NCBI GenBank assembly: GCA_963728495.1
Contig: CAVSKI010000006.1
Coordinates: 104,489 to 168,488 of the forward strand
DNA: 64,000 nt
Origin: an uncultured Thermoleophilaceae bacterium
Lineage (GTDB): Bacteria > Actinomycetota > Thermoleophilia > Solirubrobacterales > Thermoleophilaceae
Direction: 5' to 3'
Made by a program: the position numbers and the translations under genes. The notes below the pieces were generated by a model. It saw only the letters and a list, made by a program, of their open reading frames with translations. It was not told where the DNA came from and did not search any database. Below, in pieces: positions 35,655-44,636 of the stretch. Position 1 is the stretch's first letter; each line of letters begins with the position of its first letter.

Positions 35655-36497
35655 ATGAACGCAAAGCTGGACACCGGTCGGGTCTTCGAGCGCATCTTCT
35701 CTTTCTACGGGAGCCAGTTCACGCTGCTGATCCCGGCGGCGCTGCTTCTGTTCATTCCAATTGCTCTTCTCAACGGGCTGCTGCTGTCGAGCGGAGGCCT
35801 TCTCCTGGGGCTGCTGAGCGGCGCGCTGAGCCTGATCGCCACGTTCTGGTACCAGGGCATGGTCGTCGAGGCCACGCGCGACATCCTCGACGGCCGGCGC
35901 GACCACACGATCGGATCGCTGTTCAGCTCGGCCGTCGCCGTTCATCGCGCCGCTGATCGCCGTCGGCATCCTGGCGGGAATCGGCATCGCGATCGGGTTC
36001 GTCCTGCTGATCATCCCCGGCCTCTTCCTGCTCACCATCTGGGCGGTCATCGTCCCGGTGATCGTCATCGAGCGCGCGGGCGTTTTCGACTCCTTCGGGC
36101 GCAGCCACCAGCTCGTGCGCGGCAGCGGCTGGCAGGTATTCGGCGTAATCGTCGTGATCTTCCTGGTCACCTTCATAGTCCGGGCGATCATCGGACGCGA
36201 TCATCGGCGGCATCAGTGACGACTCCTTCGCCGGCTACGCCGTCGCCGACCTGATCGTCAACGTGATCCTGGTGCCGCTGAGCGCACTGGCGGCCACCGT
36301 CATGTACTTCGAGCTGCGCCGTGTGAAGGGCGACGCGCTGCCCGAAGAGGGGGGCGCGCCCTCGCCGCTGCCGCCACAGGAAGGGCCTCCGCCGGCCAGC
36401 GCACGTGTCCGAGCGGCCGCCCGAGCCCTCCGACGCGCCGCCCCAGGAGGGCGGCCCGGAAGCTCCACCGGCAGGGCCGCAGGCACCAGCTCGCTGA
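35655..36497 (+). pseudogene. Polytopic membrane protein with Pro-rich tail, three frame breaks
   Basis: Frame 0 reads MNAKLDTGRVFERIFSFYGSQFTLLIPAALLLF..SLFSS. At about 35935 it shifts to PFIAPLIAVGILAGIGIAIGFVLLIIPGLFLLTIWAVIVPVIVIERAG..; at about 36196 to AIIGGISDDSFAGYAVADLIVNVILVPLSALAATVMYFELRR; and at about 36390 to ..ERPPEPSDAPPQEGGPEAPPAGPQAPAR*. The TGA overlaps the next ATG. Confidence 0.6.
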
Positions 36498-37213
36498 TGC
36501 GCGTCCTCTCCGTCGTCCACCACCGCAATGCGGCGGCGGGCGTCTTCGGCGAGCCGGCCCGGGTCGCCGGCCACCGGCTTGTCGAGTGGATTCCGCACGA
36601 GGAGGACCCGCCCGCGCTCGACGGGTTCGACGCCGCCATGGTCTTCGGCGCGTATGCGCAGGTCGACCAGCAGGACATCTATCCATGGCTGCGAGCGGAG
36701 AAGGAGCTGGTGCGGGCGCTGCTCGAGCGCGGAACGCCGCTGCTCGGCGTCTGTTTTGGATCCCAACTGCTGGCCGATGCCTGCGACGCGGTGGTTCGCC
36801 CGGCCGAGCGCCCCGAGATCGGCTGGAGCGAGATCGAGCTGACCCCCGAGGGGCGCGAGGACCCCGTGCTCGGCTTCCTGCCCGAGCGCTTCGAGGGTTT
36901 CGGCTACCACCACTACGAGTGGCTGCTGCCGCCGGGCGCGGTCGCGCTTGCGCGCAGCGCGGCGTGCCTGCAGGCCTTTCGCCTCGAGGACCGGCCCGTC
37001 TGGGGAGTCCAGTTCCATCCCGAGGTCACGCACGCCGATCTCAGCTCGTGGCTCGACACCTGGCACGACGACCCGGGCGCGGTGGCCACGGGCCTCGATC
37101 CCGAGGCCATCCGCACCGAGAGCGCGGTGAAGATCGACGCCTGGAACGCGGTGGGACGGGGAATCTCGGCGCGCTTTCTCGCCGCTGCGGCGGGAACCCT
37201 GCTCGAGCGTTAG
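36497..37213 (+). CDS. Class I glutamine amidotransferase-like protein
   Basis: MRVLSVVHH.., nucleophile elbow LLGVCFGSQLLA, and WGVQFHPE. Confidence 0.8.
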   Translation: MRVLSVVHHRNAAAGVFGEPARVAGHRLVEWIPHEEDPPALDGFDAAMVFGAYAQVDQQDIYPWLRAEKELVRALLERGTPLLGVCFGSQLLADACDAVVRPAERPEIGWSEIELTPEGREDPVLGFLPERFEGFGYHHYEWLLPPGAVALARSAACLQAFRLEDRPVWGVQFHPEVTHADLSSWLDTWHDDPGAVATGLDPEAIRTESAVKIDAWNAVGRGISARFLAAAAGTLLER

Positions 37214-37217
37214 TCCT

Positions 37218-37973
37218 CTAGTGCTCGTCGCGAGGAGTTAGGTAAGCCCCGGCCAGGCCGCCGTCGACCAAGAAGGTCGACGCGTTCACGTAGGTGGAAT
37301 CGTCGCTGGCCAGGAACAACACGGCCCGCGCCATCTCGCTCACGTCGGCAAAGCGCCCCGGGGGCAGGTGCTCGAGGCGCCGCCCCGCCTTCTCGGGATC
37401 GTTGGCGTACAGCTCCTGGAGCAGCGGCGTGTTCACCGGACCGGGGCAAAGGGCGTTCACGCGGATGCCCTTGCGGGCGAACTCGACCCCCAGCTCGCGC
37501 GACATCGCCAGCACGCCGCCCTTGGATGCGGTGTAGGAGATCTGGGAGACCGCGGCGCCCATCACAGCAACAAAGGAGGCGGTGTTGATGACCGAGCCGC
37601 CACCGTTGTCGAGCAGGTGGGGGATGCCGAACTTGCAGCAGAGGAAGACCGACTTCAGGTTGACGTTCTGCACCTTGTCCCAGGACTCGACCGAGGTGTC
37701 GAGGATCGAGGCGTCGTCGTCGGGAGAGATGCCCGCGTTGTTGAACAGCACGTCGATCTTGCCGAACCGCTCGCGAGCCTGCGTGTACACGCCCTCCACA
37801 GCGGCGGGATCGGTCACGTCGGCCTTGATGGCCAGGTCGCTCACGGCATCGTCGCTGAGGTCGACACCGACCACCTTCGCCCCCTCCTGCTGGAAGAGCC
37901 GGGTGGTCTCGGCCCCGATGCCGCTCGCCGCGCCCGTGATCACGGCGACCTTGCCGTCCAGGCGTCCGGCCAT
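37218..37973 (-). CDS. SDR-family oxidoreductase
   Basis: MAGRLDGKVAVITGAASGIG, NNAG, and YTASKGG. The ATG overlaps the ALDH stop (TGATG). Confidence 0.9.
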   Translation of the reverse strand: MAGRLDGKVAVITGAASGIGAETTRLFQQEGAKVVGVDLSDDAVSDLAIKADVTDPAAVEGVYTQARERFGKIDVLFNNAGISPDDDASILDTSVESWDKVQNVNLKSVFLCCKFGIPHLLDNGGGSVINTASFVAVMGAAVSQISYTASKGGVLAMSRELGVEFARKGIRVNALCPGPVNTPLLQELYANDPEKAGRRLEHLPPGRFADVSEMARAVLFLASDDSTYVNASTFLVDGGLAGAYLTPRDEH

Positions 37974-39370
37974 CAGGCCTCCTCTGTCGCGTAGTAGACG
38001 TTCTTGAGCTCCGTGTAGTGCTCGAGAGCGTGCGGCCCGAGCTCGCGGCCGGTGCCCGACTGCTTGAAGCCGCCGAACGGCGTGGACACGCGCACGGAGG
38101 TGTTCGAGTTGATCGAGATCACGCCGGTGTCGACGGCGCGCGCCACCCGCAGCGCCTTGGCGCCGTCGCGGGTCCAGACCGAGCCCGACAGGCCGTAGAT
38201 GGTCTCGTTGGCCAGGCGGATCGCCTGAGCCTCGTCGTCGAAGGGGATCACGCAGGCCACCGGCCCGAAGATCTCCTCGCGCGCCGCGCGGTCCCCGTTG
38301 GAGACCGGGCACAGAACGGTGGGCGCAAACCAGAAGCCCTTGCCCTCGGGCGCGCTGCCGCGGAATGCCACCGGCGCCTCGCTGTCGACGTAGGAGGCAA
38401 CGGTCTCGCGCTGAGCGGCGGAGATGAGCGGGCCCATGTCGGTCGAGTCGTCGAGCGGGTCTCCCACCGTGATGTCCCCGACGGCGTCCTCCAGCGCGGA
38501 CATGAAGCGATCGAGCGCCGGTCGCTCCACGAGGATGCGCGAGCGCGCGCAACAATCCTGGCCGGCGTTGCCGAAGACCGCGCTGGGGGCGGCGGCCGCC
38601 GCTTTCTCGAGGTCGGCGTCGGCGAACACGACGTTGGCCGACTTGCCGCCCAGCTCGAGCGTCACCCGCTTGATGGTCTCCGAGGCGCGCGCCGCTATGC
38701 GCCGCCCTACCTCCGTCGAGCCCGTGAAGGCGACCTTGGCCACGTCGGGGTGCTCGACGATCCGCTCGCCCACCACGCGGCCGCTCCCCACCACCACGTT
38801 GAACACGCCTTCGGGGATGCCTGCCTCGACCACGATCTTCTCCAGCTCCAAGGCGGTGAGGGGCGTGAGCTCCGCCGGCTTGAGCACGATCGTGTTGCCG
38901 GCGGCTAGCGCCGGCCCGACCTTCCAGGACGCGATCGCCATCGGGAAGTTCCAGGGCGTGATCAGGCCCACCACTCCGAGCGGCTCGCGGAAGGTGAAGT
39001 CGAGGCCGCCGTCCACGGGGATCGTGTCCCCGAGCAGGCGCTCGGGGGCGCCCGCGTAGTAGTTGAAGACGTCGGCCACCATGCCGGCCTCGCCGCGCGC
39101 GTCGGAAATCGGCTTACCCACGTTGCGGGCTTCGAGGCGTGCGAGGTCCTCGACGCGCTCGCGGACCTTCGCCGCCACGCTGCGCAGGAGCTCGGCACGC
39201 TCGGCCGCCGGCACCCGCTTCCAGCCCGGAAACGCCTCCCTGGCCCGCGCGATCGCCTCGTCGGCCTGCTCGACGCCCGCCTGCGGGAGCTCCGCCATCA
39301 CATCCTCGGTGGCGGGCTCCACCACCTTCACCAGCGCCTGGGTGCTCACGAAACCGCTCAAAACCTCCAC
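37973..39370 (-). CDS. NAD(P)-dependent aldehyde dehydrogenase
   Basis: FTGSTEVG, ELGGKSA, and catalytic Cys region GQDCCARSR. Confidence 0.9.
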   Translation of the reverse strand: MEVLSGFVSTQALVKVVEPATEDVMAELPQAGVEQADEAIARAREAFPGWKRVPAAERAELLRSVAAKVRERVEDLARLEARNVGKPISDARGEAGMVADVFNYYAGAPERLLGDTIPVDGGLDFTFREPLGVVGLITPWNFPMAIASWKVGPALAAGNTIVLKPAELTPLTALELEKIVVEAGIPEGVFNVVVGSGRVVGERIVEHPDVAKVAFTGSTEVGRRIAARASETIKRVTLELGGKSANVVFADADLEKAAAAAPSAVFGNAGQDCCARSRILVERPALDRFMSALEDAVGDITVGDPLDDSTDMGPLISAAQRETVASYVDSEAPVAFRGSAPEGKGFWFAPTVLCPVSNGDRAAREEIFGPVACVIPFDDEAQAIRLANETIYGLSGSVWTRDGAKALRVARAVDTGVISINSNTSVRVSTPFGGFKQSGTGRELGPHALEHYTELKNVYYATEEA

Positions 39371-39414
39371 GTAAAAGGACTGCCCGCGAGACCTTTACCA
39401 TTGCACGGATCACG

Positions 39415-40152
39415 ATGTCAAGCACGCCACCGATCATCGGCATCTGCGCCGTCAAGGAGCGGGCGCGCTGGGCCTTCTGGGACCAGACCGCTCATCTGGC
39501 GGCCGACACGTACGTGAGCGCCCTGCAGGACACCGGCGCCCTGACCGTTCTGCTGCCGGTCGCCAAGGGCCCCCCGGAGGCGCTGCTCGACCGGCTCGAC
39601 GGGCTGATGCTGATCGGCGGCGCCGACCTCGACCCGGCGATCTACGGGCAGGAGCGCTCGGAAGCCACCGAGAACACCTACCCCGACCGCGACGAGTTCG
39701 AGCTTGCGCTGACCCGCGCCGCGGTGGACAAGGGGCTCCCCTATCTCGGCATCTGCCGAGGCATGCAGCTTCTCAACGTCGCGCTCGGTGGGACGATCAA
39801 CCAGAACCTCGTTTCGGACGACGGCACGAACCCGCATCGGCGCATCGTCGGAACCTTCGTCGGCACCGAGCACGACATCGACCTCGATCCCGGCTCGCTG
39901 GTGGCCCGGGCGGCGGGTGAAGAGGTGCACGAGGCCCGCTGTCATCACCACCAGGCGATCGATCGGCTGGGCAGCGGCCTGGTGGTGACCGCGCGGGCCC
40001 GCGACGGCGTGCCCGAGGCGATCGAGCTGTCAGACGACGACCGCTGGGTGCTGGGTGTCCAGTGGCACCCCGAGGCGGGCGACAAGCGCCAGCTGTTCAA
40101 CGCCTTCGCCGAGGCCGCCGCTCAGTGGGCGGGCTCGGCGGCGCTTCGGTAG
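39415..40152 (+). CDS. Gamma-glutamyl-amide hydrolase (peptidase C26 / PuuD-like GATase)
   Basis: PIIGICAV.., LMLIGGADLDP, GICRGMQLLNV, and GVQWHPE. Confidence 0.85.
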   Translation: MSSTPPIIGICAVKERARWAFWDQTAHLAADTYVSALQDTGALTVLLPVAKGPPEALLDRLDGLMLIGGADLDPAIYGQERSEATENTYPDRDEFELALTRAAVDKGLPYLGICRGMQLLNVALGGTINQNLVSDDGTNPHRRIVGTFVGTEHDIDLDPGSLVARAAGEEVHEARCHHHQAIDRLGSGLVVTARARDGVPEAIELSDDDRWVLGVQWHPEAGDKRQLFNAFAEAAAQWAGSAALR

Positions 40153-40865
40153 TCGCGCGCCGCCTCCACCAGCGATGCGATCACGCGGCTGCGCTGATCC
40201 TCCTCCGGATGCCATAACACCCCGAGCGCGTAAGCCTTGGTGGGCACCTCGATGGCCTCGATCACGTCGTCCTCGACGGCCCAGCCAGAGATCGTCACGT
40301 GCTCGCCCAGCTCGGCGACGCCCTGGTGATGGTGTGACTTCACCGCGCTGGACGTCGACCCCACCGCGCGGGCCGCGAGGGTGTCGCCGCTGATCCGAAC
40401 CTCGTGGTCGGCGAAGTTGCCCGGCGTATGGCGGTGGCGCTCGCTGCCGATCGTGTCGGGAAGGTGCTGGGCCAGCGTCCCCCCGCAGGCCACGTTGAGC
40501 AGCTGCATGCCCCTGCAGATACCGAGCACGGGCATGCCGCGCTCCAGCGCGGCGTGGCTGAGGGCGAGCTCGAAACGGTCGCGCTCGGGGCGGCTGCCCT
40601 TGGTCTCGGGGTGAGGCTCGGCTCCGTAGCTGGCGGGATCGATGTCGGAGCCCCCGGCGAGCATCAGCCCGTCGAGGAGATCGATCATCTCGCCCGGTCG
40701 TTCGGCCGCGGCATCATCCGGCGGCAGCAGCAGGGCCATGCCGCCCGCTGCCTGCACCGCGAGCGCGTAGGAACGCGGCGATACGTTCGCCAAGATCGTC
40801 CACGCTCCCCAGCTGGCCTCCTCGATGGCGCCGCAGATGCCGATGACCGGCCGGCTCAAGCTCAA
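40122..40865 (-). CDS. Second gamma-glutamyl-amide hydrolase (C26/PuuD-like), convergent paralog
   Basis: PVIGICGA.., LMLAGGSDIDP, GICRGMQLLNV, and GVLWHPE. Its 3' end overlaps the plus-strand paralog by 31 nt. Confidence 0.85.
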   Translation of the reverse strand: MSLSRPVIGICGAIEEASWGAWTILANVSPRSYALAVQAAGGMALLLPPDDAAAERPGEMIDLLDGLMLAGGSDIDPASYGAEPHPETKGSRPERDRFELALSHAALERGMPVLGICRGMQLLNVACGGTLAQHLPDTIGSERHRHTPGNFADHEVRISGDTLAARAVGSTSSAVKSHHHQGVAELGEHVTISGWAVEDDVIEAIEVPTKAYALGVLWHPEEDQRSRVIASLVEAARDYRSAAEPAH

Positions 40866-42190
40866 AGGCGTTCGAAGCCCCGGAACTTCTCCCAGTCGGT
40901 GACCGTGGCTTCGTAGGCATCAAGTTCCACGCGCGCGCGGTTTAGGTAGTGCTCGATCACCTCTTCCCCGAACGCCTCGCGCGCCATGTCCGATTCGGCG
41001 AACAGGTCGCGCGCCGCGTACATGGTGTGCGGCACGTGCGGCTTGTCCGACTCGTAGGCGTTGCCCTCGAGGGCGTCCTCGAGCTCGAGCTCGTTCTCGA
41101 CCCCGTGCAGGCCGGCGGCGATCATCGCCGACAGCGCCAGGTAGGGGTTCACGTCCGCGCCGGGCAGGCGGTTCTCGAAGCGGAGCCCGGGCCCGTGACC
41201 CACGACTCGCATGGAGCAGGTCCGGTTGTCCTCGCCCCAGGCCACCGCCGTGGGGGCGAAGGAGCCCTTCACGTAGCGCTTGTAGGAGTTGATGTTGGGC
41301 GCGAAGAACAGCGTGAGCTCACGCAGGCAGGCCAGCTGTCCGGCCAGGAAGCGATGAAAGAGCGCCTCGTCGCCGGCGAACACGTTGTCGCCGCTCTCGT
41401 CCTGGAGCGAGCAGTGAATGTGGCACGAGTTGCCCTCACGCTCGTCGAGCTTGGCCATGTAGGTGATGGCCATGCCCTCCTGCGCGGCGATCTCCTTGGC
41501 GCCGGTCTTGTAGATCACGTGATCGTCCGCCGCGTGCAGCGCGTCGTTGTAGCGGAAGTTGATCTCGTGCTGGCCGAAGTTGCACTCGCCCTTGGAGTTC
41601 TCGACCGGCATGCCGGCGCCCGCCATGGAGTTGCGGATGCGGCGGATCAGCGGCTCCACGCGCGCGGTGCCGAGCATCGAATAGTCGACGTTGTACTGGT
41701 TGGCCGGCTCGAGATCGCGGTAGGCCTTGTTCCAGGCCTCCTCGTAGGTGTCGCGGAAGACGATGAACTCGAGCTCGGTGGCCGCCGTGGCCTTCCATCC
41801 CCGCTCGGCCAGCCGGGCGAGCTGGCGGCGCAGGATCTGGCGCGGGGAGGCCACCACATCGGAACCGTCCTCCCAGACGAGATCGGCCATCACCAGCACG
41901 GTGCCCTCGTGCCAGGGGACGGGGCGCAGGGTGTCCATGTCCGGCTTCATCACGAAGTCGCCGTACCCGCGCTCCCAGCTGGACATGGCGTAGCCGTCGA
42001 CGGTGTTCATGTCGACGTCCACGGCGAGCAGGTAGTTGCAGCCCTCGGCGGCGTGGCTCACCACCTCGTCGAGGAAGTGGTTGGCGGTCAGGCGCTTGCC
42101 CTGCAACCGGCCTTCCATGTCGGCGATCGTGAGCAGCACGGTGTCGACCGTGCCCTCTCCAACTTGCTGTCGAAGCTCGTCGAGGGTCAT
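40862..42190 (-). CDS. Glutamine-synthetase-family gamma-glutamyl-amine ligase (GlnA-like / PuuA-like)
   Basis: GS catalytic-domain motifs ELEFIVF, NSKGECNFGQHEINF, SCHIHCSL and NRTCSMRV. There is a 4-nt overlap with the hydrolase gene. Confidence 0.9.
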   Translation of the reverse strand: MTLDELRQQVGEGTVDTVLLTIADMEGRLQGKRLTANHFLDEVVSHAAEGCNYLLAVDVDMNTVDGYAMSSWERGYGDFVMKPDMDTLRPVPWHEGTVLVMADLVWEDGSDVVASPRQILRRQLARLAERGWKATAATELEFIVFRDTYEEAWNKAYRDLEPANQYNVDYSMLGTARVEPLIRRIRNSMAGAGMPVENSKGECNFGQHEINFRYNDALHAADDHVIYKTGAKEIAAQEGMAITYMAKLDEREGNSCHIHCSLQDESGDNVFAGDEALFHRFLAGQLACLRELTLFFAPNINSYKRYVKGSFAPTAVAWGEDNRTCSMRVVGHGPGLRFENRLPGADVNPYLALSAMIAAGLHGVENELELEDALEGNAYESDKPHVPHTMYAARDLFAESDMAREAFGEEVIEHYLNRARVELDAYEATVTDWEKFRGFERL

Positions 42191-42222
42191 GTGGCGCGAG
42201 CGTATCCGATAGGAATCCGTCC

Positions 42223-43674
42223 TTGCTTCTTCTTGGAATCGATGAGGGGACCACGGGCGTCAAGGCGGCGCTGTTCGACGAGCGCCTTCGCCCCGTGCGC
42301 GAGGCCCGGCGCGACAAGGTCAATCGGCACCCGCAGGCGGGGTGGGTCGAGCAGGATGCCGAGGAGGTGCTCACGGCCGTTGTCGAAGCCGTGGCCGAGC
42401 TGCTGGCCGAGGCGCCGGGCGACGTCGTGGCCTGCGGGCTCGACCATCAGGGCGAATCGGTGCTGGCCTGGGATGCCGAGACCGGTGCGCCGCTCACGCC
42501 CATCGTCGTGTGGCAGGACAAGCGCTCCTCCGAGGTGCTCGCGGGCCTCGGCGAACACGAGGCGGAGATCCAGGGGCTGAGCGGCCTCCCGTTCGACCCC
42601 TACTTCTCGGCGGCCAAGCTGGCGTGGCTGCTGGAGCGAGACGAGGGCGTGCAGCGGGCCCGCGAAGCGGGCACCCTGCGCATGGGCACGGTCGACTCCT
42701 TCCTGTGCGACCGCCTCGGCGCCGGCTTTGCCACCGACGCCTCCACCGCGTCGCGCACACAGCTGCACGCGCTGGGCCGCCCGGGCTTCGACGCCCGGCT
42801 GGCCGAGCTGTTCGGGGTGCCGCTCGACGTGCTGCCCGAGGTGCGTGACACCGCGGGCGAGCTCGGCGTACTGAGCCACGAGTCGTGGCCGGTCGAACTT
42901 CCGCTGTGCGGTCAGGTGGTGGACCAGCAGGCCGCCCTGGCGGGCGCCGGCTGCGTCGTGCCCGGCCGCGTGAAGGCCACCTACGGCACCGGCGTATTCG
43001 TGCTCGGCCACGTTGGCGATGAGGTGCCGAAGCCGGCCGGCGGCCTGCTGCCCACGGTGGCCTGGTCGCTCGACGGGCGGACCGAATACGCGATCGACGG
43101 AGGAGTGTTCGCGGCGGGGGCGATGCTCGAATGGATGTGCCGCGAGCTGGGGCTGGCCGCGCGCCCGGCGGAGCTGGCGGAGCTGGCCCGGGAAGCCGAC
43201 GACAGCGCCGGGGCCCGCGTGCTGCCCGGACTGGCCGGCATCGGCGCCCCGTGGTGGAAGCCGGAGGCCCGCGCGGTGTTGGCCGGGCTGCACGGCGGGA
43301 CCACCCGCCAGCACGTGGCCCGCGCGGCGCTGGAGGGCATCGCCTGGCGCGTGGCCGACGTGGTGGCCGCGATGCAGGAGACCGTGGACGTGGCCTCGCT
43401 GCGCGTGGACGGCGGGCTGACCAACGAGCCACTGCTTCTGCAGCTCCAGGCCGACGCGAGCGGCGTGCCGGTGGAAGCCGCGGGCGCCGACGCAACGGTG
43501 CTGGGCTCCGCGGTGCTGGCCGCGGTGGGCTCGGGCACGATCGGCTCGCTGGCCGAGGCGGCGGAGCTGCTGCCGGTGGACCGGCGGGTGGAGCCGGCGC
43601 GGGACCGCGCTTGGCGCGAGGCAGAGCATGGGCGCTGGCGGGAGTTCGTGGCCGCCGCGGCAGAGCTGCGCTGA
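42223..43674 (+). CDS. FGGY-family carbohydrate kinase (glycerol-kinase-like)
   Basis: LLGIDEGTTGVKAALFD, GWVEQDAEEV, and the C-terminal GGLTNEPLLLQLQADASGVPV motif. Confidence 0.85.
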   Translation: MLLLGIDEGTTGVKAALFDERLRPVREARRDKVNRHPQAGWVEQDAEEVLTAVVEAVAELLAEAPGDVVACGLDHQGESVLAWDAETGAPLTPIVVWQDKRSSEVLAGLGEHEAEIQGLSGLPFDPYFSAAKLAWLLERDEGVQRAREAGTLRMGTVDSFLCDRLGAGFATDASTASRTQLHALGRPGFDARLAELFGVPLDVLPEVRDTAGELGVLSHESWPVELPLCGQVVDQQAALAGAGCVVPGRVKATYGTGVFVLGHVGDEVPKPAGGLLPTVAWSLDGRTEYAIDGGVFAAGAMLEWMCRELGLAARPAELAELAREADDSAGARVLPGLAGIGAPWWKPEARAVLAGLHGGTTRQHVARAALEGIAWRVADVVAAMQETVDVASLRVDGGLTNEPLLLQLQADASGVPVEAAGADATVLGSAVLAAVGSGTIGSLAEAAELLPVDRRVEPARDRAWREAEHGRWREFVAAAAELR

Positions 43675-43706
43675 ACTGCAGCAATAAGGGGGTGAATTCG
43701 ACTGGA

Positions 43707-43760
43707 GTGGTCGACTTTACCCCCGCATAGGGGTGAAAGTGGACCACTGTGGAATCGAGC
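43707..43760 (+). repeat. Copy B of the ~55-nt conserved segment
   Basis: GTGGTCGACTTTACCCCCGCATAGGGGTGAAAGTGGACCACTGTGGAATCGAGC, immediately upstream of the DUF559-type pseudogene. Confidence 0.7.
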
Positions 43761-43770
43761 ACTAGCCGGG

Positions 43771-44636
43771 TTGGCGCGCCGTTCTCACGGAGTGGTCACT
43801 CGGCGGGAGTTGTTGCGCGCCGGGATCAGCGCCAAGGAGGTTGAGGGCCGCCTGCGGTCGGGTGCCCTTATAGCTGTCTTTCGCGCCGTCTACCGCGTCG
43901 GCCACACGGCGCCCAGCGTCGAAGCGCACTACATGGCCGCGGTGAAGGCCTGCGGCGCGGGGCACTGCTGAGCGCCGAGCGGCAGCGCATCTCCTTGGCA
44001 TCGCTCAAGGCCCGGCGCCGCGCGCCCGCAAATCACCGCCCCGGGCAAGCTGCGCGTGCAAGGGGTGAGAACCCACCGCGGACACCGCCAAGGCACGATC
44101 TGGAGCGGCATCCCGGTGACCACTCCGGCCGAGACCCTCGTCGACCTGGCTGCTGCCGTAGACGAGGCAGAGCTGGCCCGCGCCTGCCACGAAGCCGGCG
44201 TGCGCCACCACACCACGCCGAACAGGTCGAAGCAGTGTTGGTGCGGCGGCCGAAGACGCCCGGTGCGGCCAAGCTGCGCCGCGTCCTGCGCGGCGAGGTC
44301 AACGTGACCCTGAGCGACCTCGAAAAGCGCTTCCTCGAACCGGCTGCGCAGGCGCCGGGCTTCCCCTTCCGCGGACGAATCGCGTGGCGGGCAGCAGCCG
44401 GGTCGACTGCCGTTGGCCCGCACCTCGGCCTCACCGTCGAGCTCGACAGTTACCGCTACCACCGCTCCCGCCACGCCTGGGAGCAGGACCGCCGCCGTGA
44501 ACGGGAGGCTTACGCTCGCGGCGACGAGCTCCGCCGTTACACCTACGGCGACGTCTTCGAGAGCCCGGCGCCAATGCTCGCCGAGCTGCGAGCGCTGCTC
44601 ACGCCTGCGCCGTCGGCTCTTCCTTCTCCTCGGTGA
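43771..44636 (+). pseudogene. AbiEi-N/DUF559 (Vsr-like endonuclease fold) family gene with at least 5 frame breaks
   Basis: Family-typical peptides are spread over three frames: RRSHGVVTRRELLRAGIS..YMAAVKACGAG (f1), RRAAAHLLGIAQGPAPRA (f2), ITAPGKLRVQGVRTHRG..GIPVTTPAETLVDLA (f1), EQVEAVLVRRPKTPGAAKLRRVL..LEKRFLE (f0), AGLPLPRTNRVAGSSRVDCRWP (f2), LTVELDSYRYHRSRHAWEQDRRRER (f0). Confidence 0.7.

Noticed and set aside
36184-36207. Apparent 13-bp tandem duplication GCGATCATCGG(AC)GCGATCATCGG as the cause of a frameshift
   Set aside because: It is explained more simply as a natural AIIG-AIIG coding repeat with one extra base. A duplication event cannot be claimed.
37218-38555. 445-aa ORF suggesting a much longer SDR
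   Set aside because: The N-terminal ~195 codons are an out-of-frame reading of the ALDH gene. The real SDR starts at MAGRLDGKVAVITGAASGIG (37973), with a TGATG overlap.
40949-43762. Long ORFs 40949-42580 (+), 42187-43629 (-) and 42494-43762 (-)
   Set aside because: They run antisense to the GS-like and FGGY-kinase genes. They are extremely Arg/Pro/Ala-rich and have no domain signatures.
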